From positions 1 to 64,000 of the forward strand of contig JABVCE010000035.1 in NCBI GenBank assembly GCA_014905635.1: a stretch of 64,000 nt of DNA, read 5' to 3'. Source of the stretch: Scenedesmus sp. PABB004. Lineage: Eukaryota. The position numbers were made by a program, and so were the translations under genes. Shown here piece by piece: positions 11,098 through 23,891 of the stretch (the stretch's first letter is position 1; every line of letters starts with the position of its first letter). The notes beneath the pieces were generated by a model. It made no database searches, was not told the origin of the DNA, and was given only the letters and a program-made list of their open reading frames with translations.

Positions 11098-14000
11098 GCA
11101 GCAGGAGGACGAGCCGAGGCCGGACGGGGCGGAGTCGGAGCCCGCAGCTGCAGCAGCAGCGGCGGCACCCGCGGAGCAGGAGGAGCCGCCGGCGGCGCAG
11201 GAGCGGGAGCCAGCGGCGCCGAAAGCCCAGCAGCCGGCGCCTGCCGACGCTGAGCGGGAGTCGAGCGCAGCGCAGCAGCAGCTGACGCGGCTGCGCCGCG
11301 CGTTGTGCGTGGTTGACCACCGCGTGGACGCCTCGGCAGCGTGCTGCTTTGCTGGCATGCAGTGGGCAAGCGGCGACGCGGTGCTGGTGGCGGCGCCCGC
11401 GGCGGCGCGCGGCGCTGCGTTTGCGCAGGCCCTGCGCGAGCGCGGGCTGCTGCCGCCGGCCGCGGGCGCGGCTGACGTGACGGCGGCGGCAGCGGGCTGC
11501 GGCTGCTGCGCGCGCCAGCTGCTGCTGGCAGAGCTCGCAGTGGACGGCAGCGGCGGCGGTGTGCGGCTGCTGTTGGCGCCGCTGCCAGACGCCTCGGAGT
11601 CGGTCGCTTCAGCGACGCCGCCGGCGGCGGGCGCGTGCGGCAGCGGCCTGTGGCGGGGGCTCGCCGGCGCCAAGCGCCGGCACGCGCCAGAGGACGCAGC
11701 GGCGGAGCAGCGCGCGGCGGCGCCGCGAGTGCTCGCGGCCAGCCCGGCGGCTGAACGAGCCACGCCGGCAGCCGCCGGCGGGCGGCAGGGCTGGGGCACG
11801 CCCGCGGGCGACGTCGTACCGGCCACGCCGTCGTCCGCCGCCGCGTCGGGCGCGAGCGGCGGCGCGGCCGGCACGCCGCTCAGCAGGCTGGCAGCCTCCT
11901 GGCCCGCGCGGCTCGCGGCGGCGGCAACGCCGGCGGCGGCGGCGCCGTCAGAGGTGGCAGTCGTGCCGGCCACGCCATGCGCCGGCGCGACCGCAGAGGC
12001 GAGCGCGCCGGCCGACGGCTGCCACCCGCCGCAGGCGGTGCAGGACACGGTGGCCTGGAGCGAGCCGGCATTCGAGCTGGCGCCGCGCCCGCCGCCGGCT
12101 GAGCAGGAGCAGCAGCATGCGGCGGGCGCGCCGGCGCTGGAGCAGGAGCAGCCGGGCCGAGCAGCGGAGCGGGCGGCAGAACCGGGGGCAGCGGAAGCAG
12201 CAACAGCAGCGGCAGCGGGGCAGGCCGTGGACGAGCTGGCGCCCACGCTGGTCATCGACCAGGCCGTGTTTGACTTGCCAGGAAACGGTGAGGCAGCGGC
12301 AACGCGCAACGCCCTGGCGCAGCAGACGCCCGCAGCGGTGCAGCAGGAGGAGCCGGCGGGGGCAGCCGCAGCGGGCGCGCAAGACCCGGAGCCGGCGGCC
12401 GGCGACACGCTGGCGCTAGACGATCTGTGGGGGCCGCCACCCGCGGTGCCAGCTGCGCCCGAGGCGTGCGGCGACACGCTGCCGATCGACTGCTGGCTGG
12501 CGCCGCCGCCGGCGCCTCCGGCGCTGCAGCGCCCGGCGGGCGGGGGTGGCGCGGTGGAGCAGGTGCCGCCGGCACCGCCGGACGCGGGCGGCGGCTCTGG
12601 CCCTGCTGCGGCCTCGGGCGGCTCTGGCTGTGACTACAGCCAGCTGCCCGAGTTTTGCACGGCCGAGCTGCGCGCGGAGCTGGCCGGCGACCGCGCGGCA
12701 ACGGCGGCGGCGGCGGATGGCGCACGGGGCCTCAAGCGCAAGTCTGGCGGCCACGGGCAGCTGCCGCCGCCAGCCGCCGACGCCGCGGCCAGCCCGCCCG
12801 CCAAGCGGCGCAGCTGCTCGCCGGCCGCGCCGGCGCCGGGCGGCGGCCTGGCGCTGCAGACCGCCGGCGGCCGGCAGGTGGCGCAGGACCCGGCAGCCCT
12901 GGCCGCCTTCCAGCGCCGCATGGGCTGGGCGGCGCCAGAGCCCGAGCCGGAGCCGGGGCCGGCGCGGCAGCCCCCGCAGCAGCATGAGTCGGTCGCTGAC
13001 ACGGCGCCGACCGGCGGCGGCCTCGCGCTGCAGACCGCCGGCGGCCGGCAGGTGGCGCAGGACCCAGAAGCCCTGGCGGCGTTCAGGCGCCGCATGGGCT
13101 GGGCGGAGCCTGAGGACCAGCAGCAGCAGCAGCAGCAGCAGCCGGGCGAGCGGCAGCAGCAGGACCAGCAGCAGCCAGCTGCTGCGCGCGGCGGGGGTGC
13201 TGCGGCAGCAGCAGCTGCCGCGGCAGTGCCAGCGCGTGAGGCGTCGCCCGCGCCCGCGGCGCGCGCGGACCCGCCGCCACCCGCGCCCGCGCGCCCCTCC
13301 GCCGAGCCGCCCGCGCCCGCGGCGGCGGCGGCGCCCAAGCTGGCGCCCCGCATCCTGCCGCGCAAGCGCCAGCCCGGCGGCCAGCAGCCGGCGCCGGCGG
13401 CGGAGCAGGGCCAGGGGCTGCGCAAGTCGGGGCGCAAGGCCGCGTTCAAAGCCCCCGCGATGGCGGCCGGCCCCGGCCGCGGCAAGGCGCCGCGCGCCAG
13501 CGGCGGCGCCTCGCCCGGCGCTGCGGCGCGGGCGCAGCAGGGCGCCGCCGGCGCGGGAGCCGGCGGCGAGCAGCAGCCGCAGCAGAGGGCGGTGGAGGAC
13601 TCTCAGCCCAAGCTCCCCCTGGCTGCATACTTCGAGCTCGCGCGTGCTCAGGCGGCGTCGGGGTCCGGCGCCCGCGCCGGCGGCCCCGCGGGCGCCGAGC
13701 CGCCCGGCGCCGCCGACGTGGGCTGCTGGGCCGCCACGTGGCTGCCCGCCACGCCTGAGCAGGCGGCGAGCTTCAGCTTTGCCCCCGCGCCGGCCGGCCA
13801 GCAGCCGCCGGCGGCGCAGCCGGCCGACGGCGCGGCGGGCGGGGCGGCGCCGGCGCCGGCGCCGGCGGCGGCGGGCTGGGGCGCCGCGGAGGCGCGCGCC
13901 GCGCTGCTCGCGGGCGGGGCAGACCCGGGCAAGGCGTCGCCCGCGTGGGTTGCCAACCACTACAAGTGGGTGGTGTGGAAGCTGGCGGCATACGACCGCA

Positions 14001-16721
14001 AGCTGCTGCCGCCGCGGGGTCCCGGCGGGGGCGCCTGCCTGCGCGCGGGCGCCGTGCTGGCGCAGCTGCGGCGCCGCTACGCGCGCGAGGTCGGCGGCGG
14101 GGAGCGCTCGGTGCTCAAAAAGATCCTAGAGCAGGACCTGCCCGCCGGCGTGCCGATCGTGCTGTGCGTGAGCGCGGTGCGCGCGAGCGGCGGCGGCGCG
14201 GAGCGGCGCGGCAGCGGCGGCGGCGGCGGCGACGGCGACGGCGGCGGCGCCGCGCCCGCCGGCGGCGGCGCCGCGCCCGCCGGCGGCGCGCCCGGCGGCC
14301 CGCGCCGGCGCAGCGACGACGACGGCGGCGGCGGCGGCGGCGGCGGCGGCGCGCCCGCGGCGGGCGGCGGCGGCGAGGTGCTGGGCGTGCAGCTGACCGA
14401 CGGCTGGTACGGCGTCAACGCCACGGTGGACGGCCCGCTGGCAGAGCTCATCGCGCGCGGCCGCATCCAGGTCGGCGTGAAGCTGCGCGTCGTGGGCGCG
14501 GAGCTGCGCTCGGACCGCCCCGGCGAGCCGCTCGAGGCGGCGCGCTGGGCGAGCCTGCGGCTGTGGGCCAACGGCGTCAGCCCCGCGCCCTGGGACGCGC
14601 GCCTGGGGCCGGTGCCCGAGGGCCAGACCCTGCGGTGCGCGCGCGGCGGCCGGGGCGGACGCCCGCGCGGACGCCGGCCAGCGTCGCTGCGCTTGCCGCC
14701 GACCGCCGCGCCGCCGCCGCCGCCGCCGCCGCCGGCCGCCGCAGGGCGCTGTCGCTGGTGCACCCCGCGGGCGGGCTCGTGCCGCGCCTGCTGCTGCTGG
14801 TGCAGCGGTGTTATCCGCTGCAGTTTTACTGCCGCGCGAGCCGCACGTACTACACCGAGCGGTCCATGGCGGCAGCGCGGCGGCGCGCCGAGGCGAAGCA
14901 GGAGCAGGTGCGGCCGGCGTGCGTTGGAGGCGGCAGGGGCGCCGTCTCGACCCGCGCGCTGCGCACGCGCGCGCGCCGCGCTCACGCGCCCGCCGTCGCG
15001 CCGCGCAGCTCAATGCGGCGGCCGCGGCGGCGGTGCGGAGTTCGGAGCTGGCGCAGTGCAAGGCCTGGGCGGCGGCCGCCGGCGCGGGCGCCGTGGAGCG
15101 CGCGTACGCGGCGGCCGTGCTGGCCGGCGGCGGCGACGGCTGGGACGGCGGCGGCGGCGGCGCGTGCGGCGTGGGCGCCGGCGAGCTCGCGGCGTTCCGG
15201 GCGGCGCGGGAGACGCAGATGGAGGCGCAGCGCGGGCAGCGCCTCGCCGCGCTGTCGGCGGCGGCGACGGCCGACGCGGAGGCCGCGGCCGCGCGCGGCG
15301 ACAGCGACGCGGCGGCCGCGGCGGCGGCGCTGCTGCTCGCGCTGGAGTCGTCGCTCGCGATCAAGCGCTTCCGCGTAACCGGCGTGCTGCCGCGGGGCTG
15401 CGGCGGCGCCGCCGCCACGCGCGGCCACGGCGCGGCGCTGGTCAAGGTCTGGCGCGCGAGCGAGGCGCTGCAGGGGCTGGACGAGGGCCTCGTGCTGCTG
15501 GCCACGGGGCTGTCGGCCGGAATGGACGGCCGCAGCGCGACGGCCGACCTCGGCGGCCTCGGCGGCGGCGGGCTGCTGGAGCTGAGCTCGGGCAAGAGCA
15601 CGAGGTGAGCCGCGCCGCGGACGCAGCCAGCGGCAGCGGCCCGGCGCTCGCACCGGCTCGGCTCGCGGCGGCGGCGGCGGGCCGCCCACGCGACGCCGCC
15701 GCGCCCGCCCGCGCCCGCCCGCGCCCGCGGCAGCTGGGAGGTGCTCGGCGCGGCGGGGCAGCTCGCCGGCCGGCTGGGCCTCGGCCCCGCGTGGCAGCCG
15801 CGGCGCAGGGCGAGCCTGCACGAGCTGCACGAGGGCCTGCTGCGGACAGAGTTTGACTGCGCCGGCGTGCTGCTCTGGGCCGGCGAGGTCATGCAGAGTG
15901 CGTGGCGAGGCCGCGGCGCCGCCGCCGCCGCCGCGGCTGGCCGCGCCGATCGCGTTCAACGCCCGGGCCCCGCGCGCGCGCGCGCGCGGGCTCACGCGCG
16001 CCGCCGCCGCCGCCGCCGCCGCCGCTGGCGCCGCCGCTGCGCATGCAGGCGGGCGCGAGCGCTTCCAGTGGGTGTTCCTCGCGGGCGGCGGGCCGCCCGC
16101 GCCGGGGGCAGACGCGGAGCGCGGCGGCGCCGGCGCGGCGGCGCCGCCGGGCCCCTGCCTGCTGGCGGTGCGGCTGGCGGGCAACAGCCTCACGTGCGTG
16201 GACTGGCTCGAGCCGAGCAGGGCGAGCGCTGGCGGCGGCGCGCCCGGCGGCGCGGCGGCGACGCCCGCGCCCCCGCCGCGGCCGCCCGCCGCCGGCGGCG
16301 GCCGCCGCGCGAGCACGCCCGGCCCCGGCCCCGGCAGCGCGGCCAAGCCCGGTGGCGCGGCCACGCCGGCGGCGGTCGGCGCCATGCCCGGGGGCGCGGG
16401 CGGGGGCGCGCGCCGCGCCGCGCGTCGGCGGTCGTCACGCCCGCGAGCGCGCCCGCTCCGGGCCGGCGCGAACAGCTCGTCGTGTGCACGAACCTGGTGC
16501 TGCAGAGCCGGGACCGCGCCAACGGCATGTGGGTCGCCGCCGCGCCCGACACGGCCGCGCTGGCCGTGCTGTCCGCGACGGGCGCGGCGGGCCGCGCCGG
16601 CGCGGCCGGCGGCGGCGGCGGCGCGGCCGCCGAGGCGGCGGCCTGGGCGGCGCGCGAGGCGGGCGCAGTGGCGGCGCTGCGCGAGCGCGCGCGGGCGCTG
16701 GTCGAGGGCGCCGGCGCGTGA
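7825..16721 (+). CDS. BRCA2: BRCA2-like DNA repair protein (multi-exon, giant exon about 8163-14634)
   Basis: BRC-type repeats GFSTGAGRxxQVSAAAMARAAALL x3, GFVTAGASRVTVS, LQTAGGRQV x2; helical domain WVANHYKWVVWKLAAYDR; OB1 IVLCVS...QLTDGWYGVNATVDGPLAELIARGRIQVGVKLRVVGAEL...LRLWANG; later LLVQRCYP and OB3-like EFDCAGVLL. ATG 7825 splices in frame via the intron at 8027-8162. Confidence 0.9.
9488..9995 (+). repeat. Coding tandem repeat, 3 x 177 bp (59 aa), each carrying one BRC repeat
   Basis: ggcttcagcac units start at 9488, 9665 and 9842 and are nearly identical at DNA level. Confidence 0.95.
12841..13104 (+). repeat. Duplicated divergent BRC-like unit, 174-bp spacing
   Basis: GGGLALQTAGGRQVAQDPxALAAFxRRMGWA occurs twice (ctgcagacc at 12854 and 13028). 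Confidence 0.85.
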
Positions 16722-17059
16722 GCGGCGCGCGCGGTAAAGCGCGCGCGCGTTGACCGGCGCTGCGGCAGGCAGCGGCCGCGACGGCGGGGGCGCGCGCTGG
16801 GATCACTTTGCGCGGCTCACTGGCGACCGCGAGAGCGCTGAGCCCTGCTGCTTGGGCGGCTCACTGCGACCGCCAAGCCCTGCACTGCTCGGGGGCCCTG
16901 GGCTCGTCGCCCCGCGCGGTCTGCGTCCCCCGGCACTTCCGGATCGATCGCGGGGCCAACGCGAGCCAGCACAGCCGCGCGGAGGCGCCCTTCCACCGCC
17001 CACAGCGTGCACGTCGCTCGGCCCGCCACCGCCCGCCAACGCGCCGCGGGGCCCCACGC

Positions 17060-18545
17060 ATGGCGGGGGTGCCGGAGGCGCCGGGAGGCGGCCATGGCGC
17101 GCCCGGCAGCAGCGACGGCGCACACCACGCCGCCGTGAAGCTCTGCCTCGAGCCTGCTGAGATATACGCGCACGTGGCAGATGGCGGTGCGTGCTCCAGC
17201 GCCCCAGCAACGCGCACGTGCGCGCACGGCGTCCCGGGACCGCGTGGCGCGCCGACGGCCGGCGGCGACAGCAGCGGCAGCGCCGGCCGCTCCGGCGCGG
17301 CCGGCGGCGGCTGTTGCCGCCAGCGCGCGCCCCCGCGCGCCGGCCTGGCTGACGCCCCTGCCGCTCACGCGCACCGCCGCCGCGCCGCGCGCAGGCGCGG
17401 CCAAGCCGCGCAACAGCCTGCTGCGCGAGACGGTACTCGGCGTGCTGGCGGGCGCCTTCATCGGCTTTGGCTTCAGCACCTGCATGATTGCGGGTGCGCG
17501 CGCCGCACGCGCCCCGGGGTGCCCCGGGCCCGCAGCCGCGCTGGCGTGCGCGCGCCCCCCGCCGCCGCCGCCGCCGCCGCGCGCTCGCTGAACCGCCCGC
17601 CGCCCGCCCGCCCGCCGCGTCCAACAGCGGGGCAGCTGAGCCCCGAGTACCGCAAGGCCGAGCCGGGGATGTTCAACCTGCTCTTTGGCGCGTACGGCTT
17701 CCCCGTGGGCCTCAGCATGTGCGTCATCAACGGCGCGAGCCTCTTCACCTCCAACATCGCCTACATGACCGTCGCCGCGATGCAGCGCCGCGCCAGCCTG
17801 CCCCAGGTCGCCTACATCTTGGTGTGGAGCTACCTCACAAACCTCGCGGGTGCGCGCGCCGCGCCCGTGCGGCGGCGGCGCCGCGGCGGCGGCGGCGGCA
17901 GCGGCGGCAGCCGCTGACGCGTGCGCCGCCCGCGCTGCGCCGCCCTCGTCGTGCCGCCCAGGCGCGCTGCTGCTGGGGCAGCTGATGGTCGCGGGCCACG
18001 TGTTTGAGCACCGCGAGGCGTTCACGATCGAGCTGGCGCTCAAAAAGTGCAGCCACTCGTTCAGCGCGACGGTGGCCAAGGGCGTGCTGTGCAACTGGCT
18101 GGTCTGCATCGCCGTGTGGCAGGCCAACGCGGCGCAGGACATCACGGGCAAGCTGCTGGGCGTGTGGTTCCCCATCTCCGCGTTTGTGACGATGGGCTTT
18201 GAGCACTGCATCGCCAACCAGTTCATCATTCCCCTCGGCATGCGCCTCGGCGCGCCCATCACCGTCGGCCGCTTCCTCACCGCCAACCTCATCCCCGCCA
18301 CGATCGGCAACCTGCTCGGCGGCGGCCTCGCCGTCGCGACCGCGTACGGCCTCGCGTACGGCGACTGGGAGCGCAGCGTCACCGCCGCGGGGCGCCGCGC
18401 GCTCGGCCGCGTGCTGCCCGCGGGCTGGCTCGCGCCGGACGCCGGCGCCGACGGCGCCAGCCTGAGCCCCAACAGCAGCGCGGACAGCCTGGCTCTGCCG
18501 CACAAGAGCGCAGCCTACGTGCCCTGCCGCTCGCCCGGCGTGTGA
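17060..18545 (+). CDS. NAR1: Formate/nitrite transporter family protein (NAR1-like), 4 exons
   Basis: EPAEIYAHVA, LGVLAGAFIGFG, FPVGLSMCVINGASLFTSN, KGVLCNWLVCIAVW, WFPISAFVTMGFEHCIANQFIIPLG, NLIPATIGNLLGG are diagnostic FNT motifs. The paralog cannot be assigned. Confidence 0.93.
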
Positions 18546-19377
18546 GCCAAACGCAGCGGGTGGGCGCGCAGCGCCGCCGCGCATTGCGTGCGGCCGTGAG
18601 CGCGCGCGCGCGTCGACTCGAATTTGGGCGCCCCGCTGCGCCCCCTCTCTCTCTCGCTCTCTCTTGTGCCATATTGTGTTCAACAAACGCTGCCTGGGCG
18701 GGAGGCGGACCACAGGGGCGCGGCGAGCAGCCTGCCCGGCCCGCGGCCGGGGCAGCGCTGCTCTGATTCTTTGCGCGCCCCCAGCGCCGCGCGCGGCGAC
18801 CACTGGGCGGAGGGGACTTGACTCGGCCGCCGCACGCGGCCGCCGGCGCACTGCACTTGCCGCTCAACTGGGGCAGCCGCACGAACGGCGGGCGCACAGG
18901 TGTTCTGTTGTGTTGTCATCGCACGGCGGGCGGCCGCTGCGCGCACTGCTGCAGGGGCGGCGGGCTGTGATATAGATCTGTGGGGACTCAGCAGCAGGCG
19001 CCCGCACGGCGGGCGGCGCTGCGGTTCTGCGGGGGACGCATCACACACTCTCTGTCGCTGCAGGCGGCGGCGCTCGCGCCGCGACGGCCGCTCAGCCGGG
19101 GTGTCAGGCCCGCTGGTTACGCTCGCGTGTCGTGCCCAGCTCAGTCCCCTCCCCGGCTCAACGCCCCCGTCCTGTACAGCCCCTCGCGGCCCAGAGCCAG
19201 CCGCCCCGCGTCACAGTGCCCCGGTCGATGCGTGTGTGGCCGCCGTCAGCCCCCACGGTCACCCCGCGCGCGCGCCAGGAGCGCCGCCGCCGCAGTCCTT
19301 GCCCCGCCCCCGCCCAGCGCCGGCGGGCGCGCGTGGTCGCGGGCCCCTCGCCTCGCGCCACGCATCAGCACATCACA

Positions 19378-22300
19378 TCACTCGCTGTTCAGGACGTCCC
19401 GGATGGCCACGACGTCGGGGTGGCTCGGCCCCAGCGCCGCCTCCTGGATTGCGAGCGCGCGCTCCAGCAGCGGCCGGCCGACCGCGTCGTGCCCCTGCGC
19501 GCGGCGGCGGTGGCGCGCGGGCCGGGGCCGTCAGGCGCGGCCGTCGGCGGCGCGCGGCGGGGCGGCGCGCGGCGGGGCGGGGCGGGGCGCGGCGGCGCGC
19601 GGCGGGGCGCGCTGGCGCTGGCGCCGCCGCAGCGGGACCCGCGCCGCGCGCCGCCGCCGCGCCTGCTCCAGGTGCAGCACGGCGAGGTCGGTGAGCGTGT
19701 GCGCGACCTCCTGGTGGTGCCGGCCGTACGTGGCCTCGTAGATCGCCAGCGCGCGCTCATACAGCGGCTGTGCCGCCCTGCGGGGCGCCACGGGGGCCAC
19801 GGCAGGGCGCGGGCGGGCGCGTGGGCACGGCCGGCGGCTCGCCCCGCGCCGTGCGGCGGGCGCGGCACCGCGCCCGGCCGCCCGCGGCGCCGCGGCGGCG
19901 CGCCCCCATGTCGTGTCTGCCGGCGCGCCGCGCCGCCGCCGCACCCGTAGTCGCCGGCCTGGTTGTACAGGATCGCCAGGTTGCTGCACGACTCGGCGAC
20001 CGCGGGGTGGCTGGGCCCGTACTGCCGCTCGCGTGCGGCGAGCTCGGCAGCAAACGGCGCGGGGTCCTCGCCGTCCGGCGGCGGCGCCGCAGCCGCCGCG
20101 GCCGCCGCGGCCTGGCGGTTGGGGTGGCCCGACGCGGCGGCGCCGCCGCCGCCGCCGCGGCCGCCGTGCGCGCCCGCCGCCGGCGTGGACGCGGGCTTGC
20201 CCGCCGCGCGCGCGCCGCCGCTGCTGCCGGTGTTGAGCGCGCCGGAGCGCGCCTTGGCCGGCGGCGGCGTGTGCTGCGCGGGCGCTGCGCGGGCGGCGGG
20301 GCGCGGCGGGCCGTTGGCAGGGCGCGACCGGAGGCGCACCGCCAGGCATGCAGCGCCCCGCAGCACGTCGCCGCGCCGCGCCGCGCGCGCCCACCTGGCG
20401 TGCCGCCGCCCAGCGCGCCGTCGCCGCCCGGCAGGCCGAGCGCTGCGTCCGCCTGCTCCCGCAGCTTGGGGTTGAGGTCACGCGGCAGCAGGCGCCGCAC
20501 GGCGCCCGCGCCGCCGCCCGCCACGCCCGCGACCGCGACCGCGACGCGCAGCGCGGCGGCGCGCACGTCGGCGTTGGCGCTGCTCAGCGCGCGGCCGACA
20601 TAATCCATGGTCTCACCCAGGTCGAAGCCGCCGTCGCCACCGCCGGCCGAGGCGCGCGCGCCCGGCGCGCCCGCGGCGCCGGCGAGGCCCAGCAGCGGCA
20701 CGAGGTCCTGCAGCAGCTGCGGCGCGACCGGGCGGGCGCGCGGGCGGGCGGGCGGGCGGGCTGGCAAAGCGTCGGGCGGCGGCGGTCTCTGCACGCACTG
20801 CCGAGCGCAGCAAGCAGGCCGCGCGGCGACGGCCCCGCACCTGCAGCATCGCGAGCACCGGCCGCCACGCCGCCTGCGTCTTGGGCGGCCGCGTGAGGTG
20901 CCCGGTCAGGCCGCGCAGAGCGCCGCGGCCCTCCGGCTCCTGCGCGAGCGCGACGAGCGCGTCGCGCGCGCTGTCGCGCATGCGCGGGTTGCTGTCGCTC
21001 AGGCGCTCGAGCAGCACCGGCAGCGCCGTCTCGATCGCGCTCGACGCGTCGCGCCCGCCGCCGCCAGCGGCCAGCGCCGTCAGCAGCGCCTGCGCGGCGG
21101 CGGCGTGCGCGGGCGCGGCGGCGTGCGCGGGCGCGGCGGCGTGCGCGGGCGCGGCGGCGTGCGGGCGCGGCGGCGTGGGCGGGTGCGCGGTGGTGTGGGC
21201 GGGCAGCCCCCGCACGCGCAGGCCCGCGGCCGCACCTGCAGCAGGCCGAGGCAGCTGCTGTAGACCTGCGGGACCTTGTCCCGCAGCCCCCGCACCGCGA
21301 GCCGCACGAGCCCGCGCGCGAGGTCGCGCCGCTCGCCGCTGGGGCCGCCCGCGAGCCGGCCGTTGCCGACCAGGTCCGCCAGCCACGCCGCGGCGGCGTC
21401 GCGGAGCTGCCAGTTGCGGCTGAAAAAGGCGGCCGCCACGTACTCGCCAGCGACCTCCAGCACCGGCGCGGCGTCGCTCGCGGCGCTCGGGGAGAGCGCC
21501 TCCGGCGGCGGCAGGTCGCCCGGCCAGCCGCCGGGCGCGGGCGCGCCGCACGTCGGGCCGCCGCCGGCGCTGCTGCCGCCGCCGCCGCCGGGCGCCCGCG
21601 CCCCGCCGCCGCCGCCGGGGAAGCCGCCGCCGCCGCCGCCGGCGCCGCCGCCGCCGGCGCTCGGCGCGCCGCCGCCAAAGCCGCCCGCGCTGCTGCCGCC
21701 GCGGGCGCCGAACAGCGCGGCCGCCGACACGGTCGAGGGGTCGGCCCGGATGAGCGTCTCGTCGTCCATGCCCAGCCCCTCGCCCTGCCCCAGGTACGCG
21801 GCCTTGGCCACCGCGGGCCGGTCCTCATACGCCTGGTACGTGTGCACCACGCCGCCGGGCGCGCCGTCGTAGCCGCCGCCGGCGCGGAAGCTGCCGCCGC
21901 CGCCGCTCGGCGGCGCGGCGCGGCCGCCGAGCGGCTCGCCGAGCGGCGCGTCGCCGCCGCCGGCGCTGTCGGCGTAGCTGCCGCGCCCCTGCGGCGGCGC
22001 CGCCGCCGCCGCGCCGTCGCTGTAGCGCGGCCCGCCGTCGCCGGGGCTCGCCGACGGCTCATGCGCGTAGCCGCCGCCGCTGCCGCCCGCCGCGCCGCCG
22101 TCCGAGTCCAGCGCGAACGACGCGACGCCGCCTGCGCGCCGCGCCGCGCGGCCGGCCGCGCGTCAGCGCGCCTCCTCCCGCGCCCGCAGCGCGCGCGCCT
22201 CCGCCAGCGCCGCGCCCCGCGCGCACGCACCCCCGCCGACCGCGGCCGCCTCGCCCGCGGCGCGCAGCTTGTCAATGTCCGCCTTGAGCGCCTTGGCGAG

Positions 22301-23891
22301 GTCATAGTCCTCCCGCTCCACCGCGGACCGCTTGCGCGCCTCCAGCTGCGCGACCTTGCCGCCCACGGCCTGCGCGCGCGCGGGCGGCGTGCTGCGTCAG
22401 CGCCCGGCTGAGCGGCCGTCCGCGGGCCCGCCGCCGCTGGCGCCGCCGCGCGCCCGCGTGCCCTCCAGCGGCGCGCGCACCTTGAGGCGCTCGATGCTGC
22501 CCTTGATGCGCTTGGCCTCGTCATAGTCCTCCGCAGCGACCGCCGCGTCCTTCAGCCGCACCAGCTCCTGCGGCGGCCGGCCGGCCGGCCAACGCGCGTC
22601 GCGCTGCCGCCGCTGCCGTCCCACCGCCGCCGCCGCCGCCGCCGCCGGCCCTGCCCCCCGCCGCGCGCGCTGCTCGCCCGCACCTTGATGCGCGCCGCGG
22701 TCTGGCTGTCGACGTGCAAGTCCAGGCTCAGGTCGGCGACCTGCGCCGCCGCGCGGTTGACGTACGCGAGCTCGTGGCTCACCGGCCCCCCGACGTCGAG
22801 GTACGGCGCCGGCCCGGGCGGCGCCGGCGCGAGCGGCTCGCCGATGAGGTTCAGCGCGACGATGCCGACCTGCGGCGAGCGAGGCCGGCGAGCGAGGTCG
22901 GCCGGTCGGCGCGCGGGGCCGGCGGCGGGCGGGGGCCGCCGCGCGGCGGCGCCCTGCCCCTGGGGACGCTGCGGCGCCACGGCGGCGTTGCGTGGGCTGC
23001 GTGTCTGACCGCCGCGGTCCGCGCCTGGTTGTAGATGTTGAGCTTGTTCACGTGGCAGCGGTGGATGAGCAGGCGCACGAGCTGCGCCTCAACGGACACG
23101 TGCACGCTCTTGAGCTCGCGCGCCTGGTGCCCGCTGCGCTCGTTGCAGTCAAAGCTGAGGTATCCGAGCCGGCGCAGCCCCGCGGCGTCGGGCGCGCCGT
23201 CGGGCTCGCCGTCGGCCGCGCCCGCGGGCGGGAAGCCGACAAAGACCTCGATCTTGGTGGGAATCTGCGGCCGCGGCGGGCGGGGGGGGGGGGGGGCGGC
23301 GGCGGCAAGAGAGGAGAGGCGTGAGGGGCGTGCCGCGCCGCGCCCGGCCGCGGCTGCTTTCGCTCCTGCTGCTCCTACTGCTCCTGCTGCTCCCGCTGCT
23401 CTGCTGCTGCTGCTGCCAGCGCTGCTGCTGCTGGTCGCTGCTGCGCGCCCGCGCCGGCCGCTGCTCGCGCCCTTTCGCGCAGCGCCGCGCCTTGTACTCG
23501 TGCGCCAGGATCTGGATCTGCTGTATCTTGCAAGGCCGCTCCAGGCGCAGCACAAACTCCTGCGGGAACTTGCAGAACCTGCGCGCGCCGCCGCGCGGAC
23601 GGCGGGCGGCGTGGGCGCCGGCGCTCGCGCGCGGCGCGGCGCCGCGCGGCCGCGCCGCGCGGCGCCGCACCGCGGCGACTGCCATCCCCGCGTCTGCGGG
23701 CTGTGGTACAGCAGCTCCCGGACGGGGTAGTCGGCGTCCTGCGGCGCCGCCGGCGCGGCGGCGGGGGCGGCGCGCGCTCGAACGCGAGCAGCGCGCGGCG
23801 CTGTCCGGTGCTGTCTCCCGGGGGGCAGCACCTCGCCGCTGCAGGCCGCGACCGTGAAGCGCAGCTTCTGGGGAGCGTGCACGGCCTTCAT
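19378..23891 (-). CDS. CEP104: CEP104/FAP256-like protein with C-terminal kinesin-light-chain-type TPRs (multi-exon)
   Basis: N-terminal GWQSPRFCKFPQEFVLRL..IQILAHEYKIPTKIEVFVG..LGYLSFDCNERSGHQARELKSVHV..HVNKLNIYNQVGIVALNLIGEP; coiled coils AVAAEDYDEAKRIK and AVEREDYDLAKALK; TOG-like FSRNWQLRDAA, LLERLSDSNPRMRD; then TPRs ending DVLNSE-stop at 19378. Confidence 0.88.

Noticed and set aside
8027..15856. 2609-aa single ORF as the complete protein
   Set aside because: It starts at a splice donor and runs through introns after about 14634; the real BRCA2 gene is spliced.
21085..21165. 18-bp intronic tandem repeats (also 62820-62880, and 6-bp units at 54466-54575)
   Set aside because: Ordinary slippage minisatellites in GC-rich introns.
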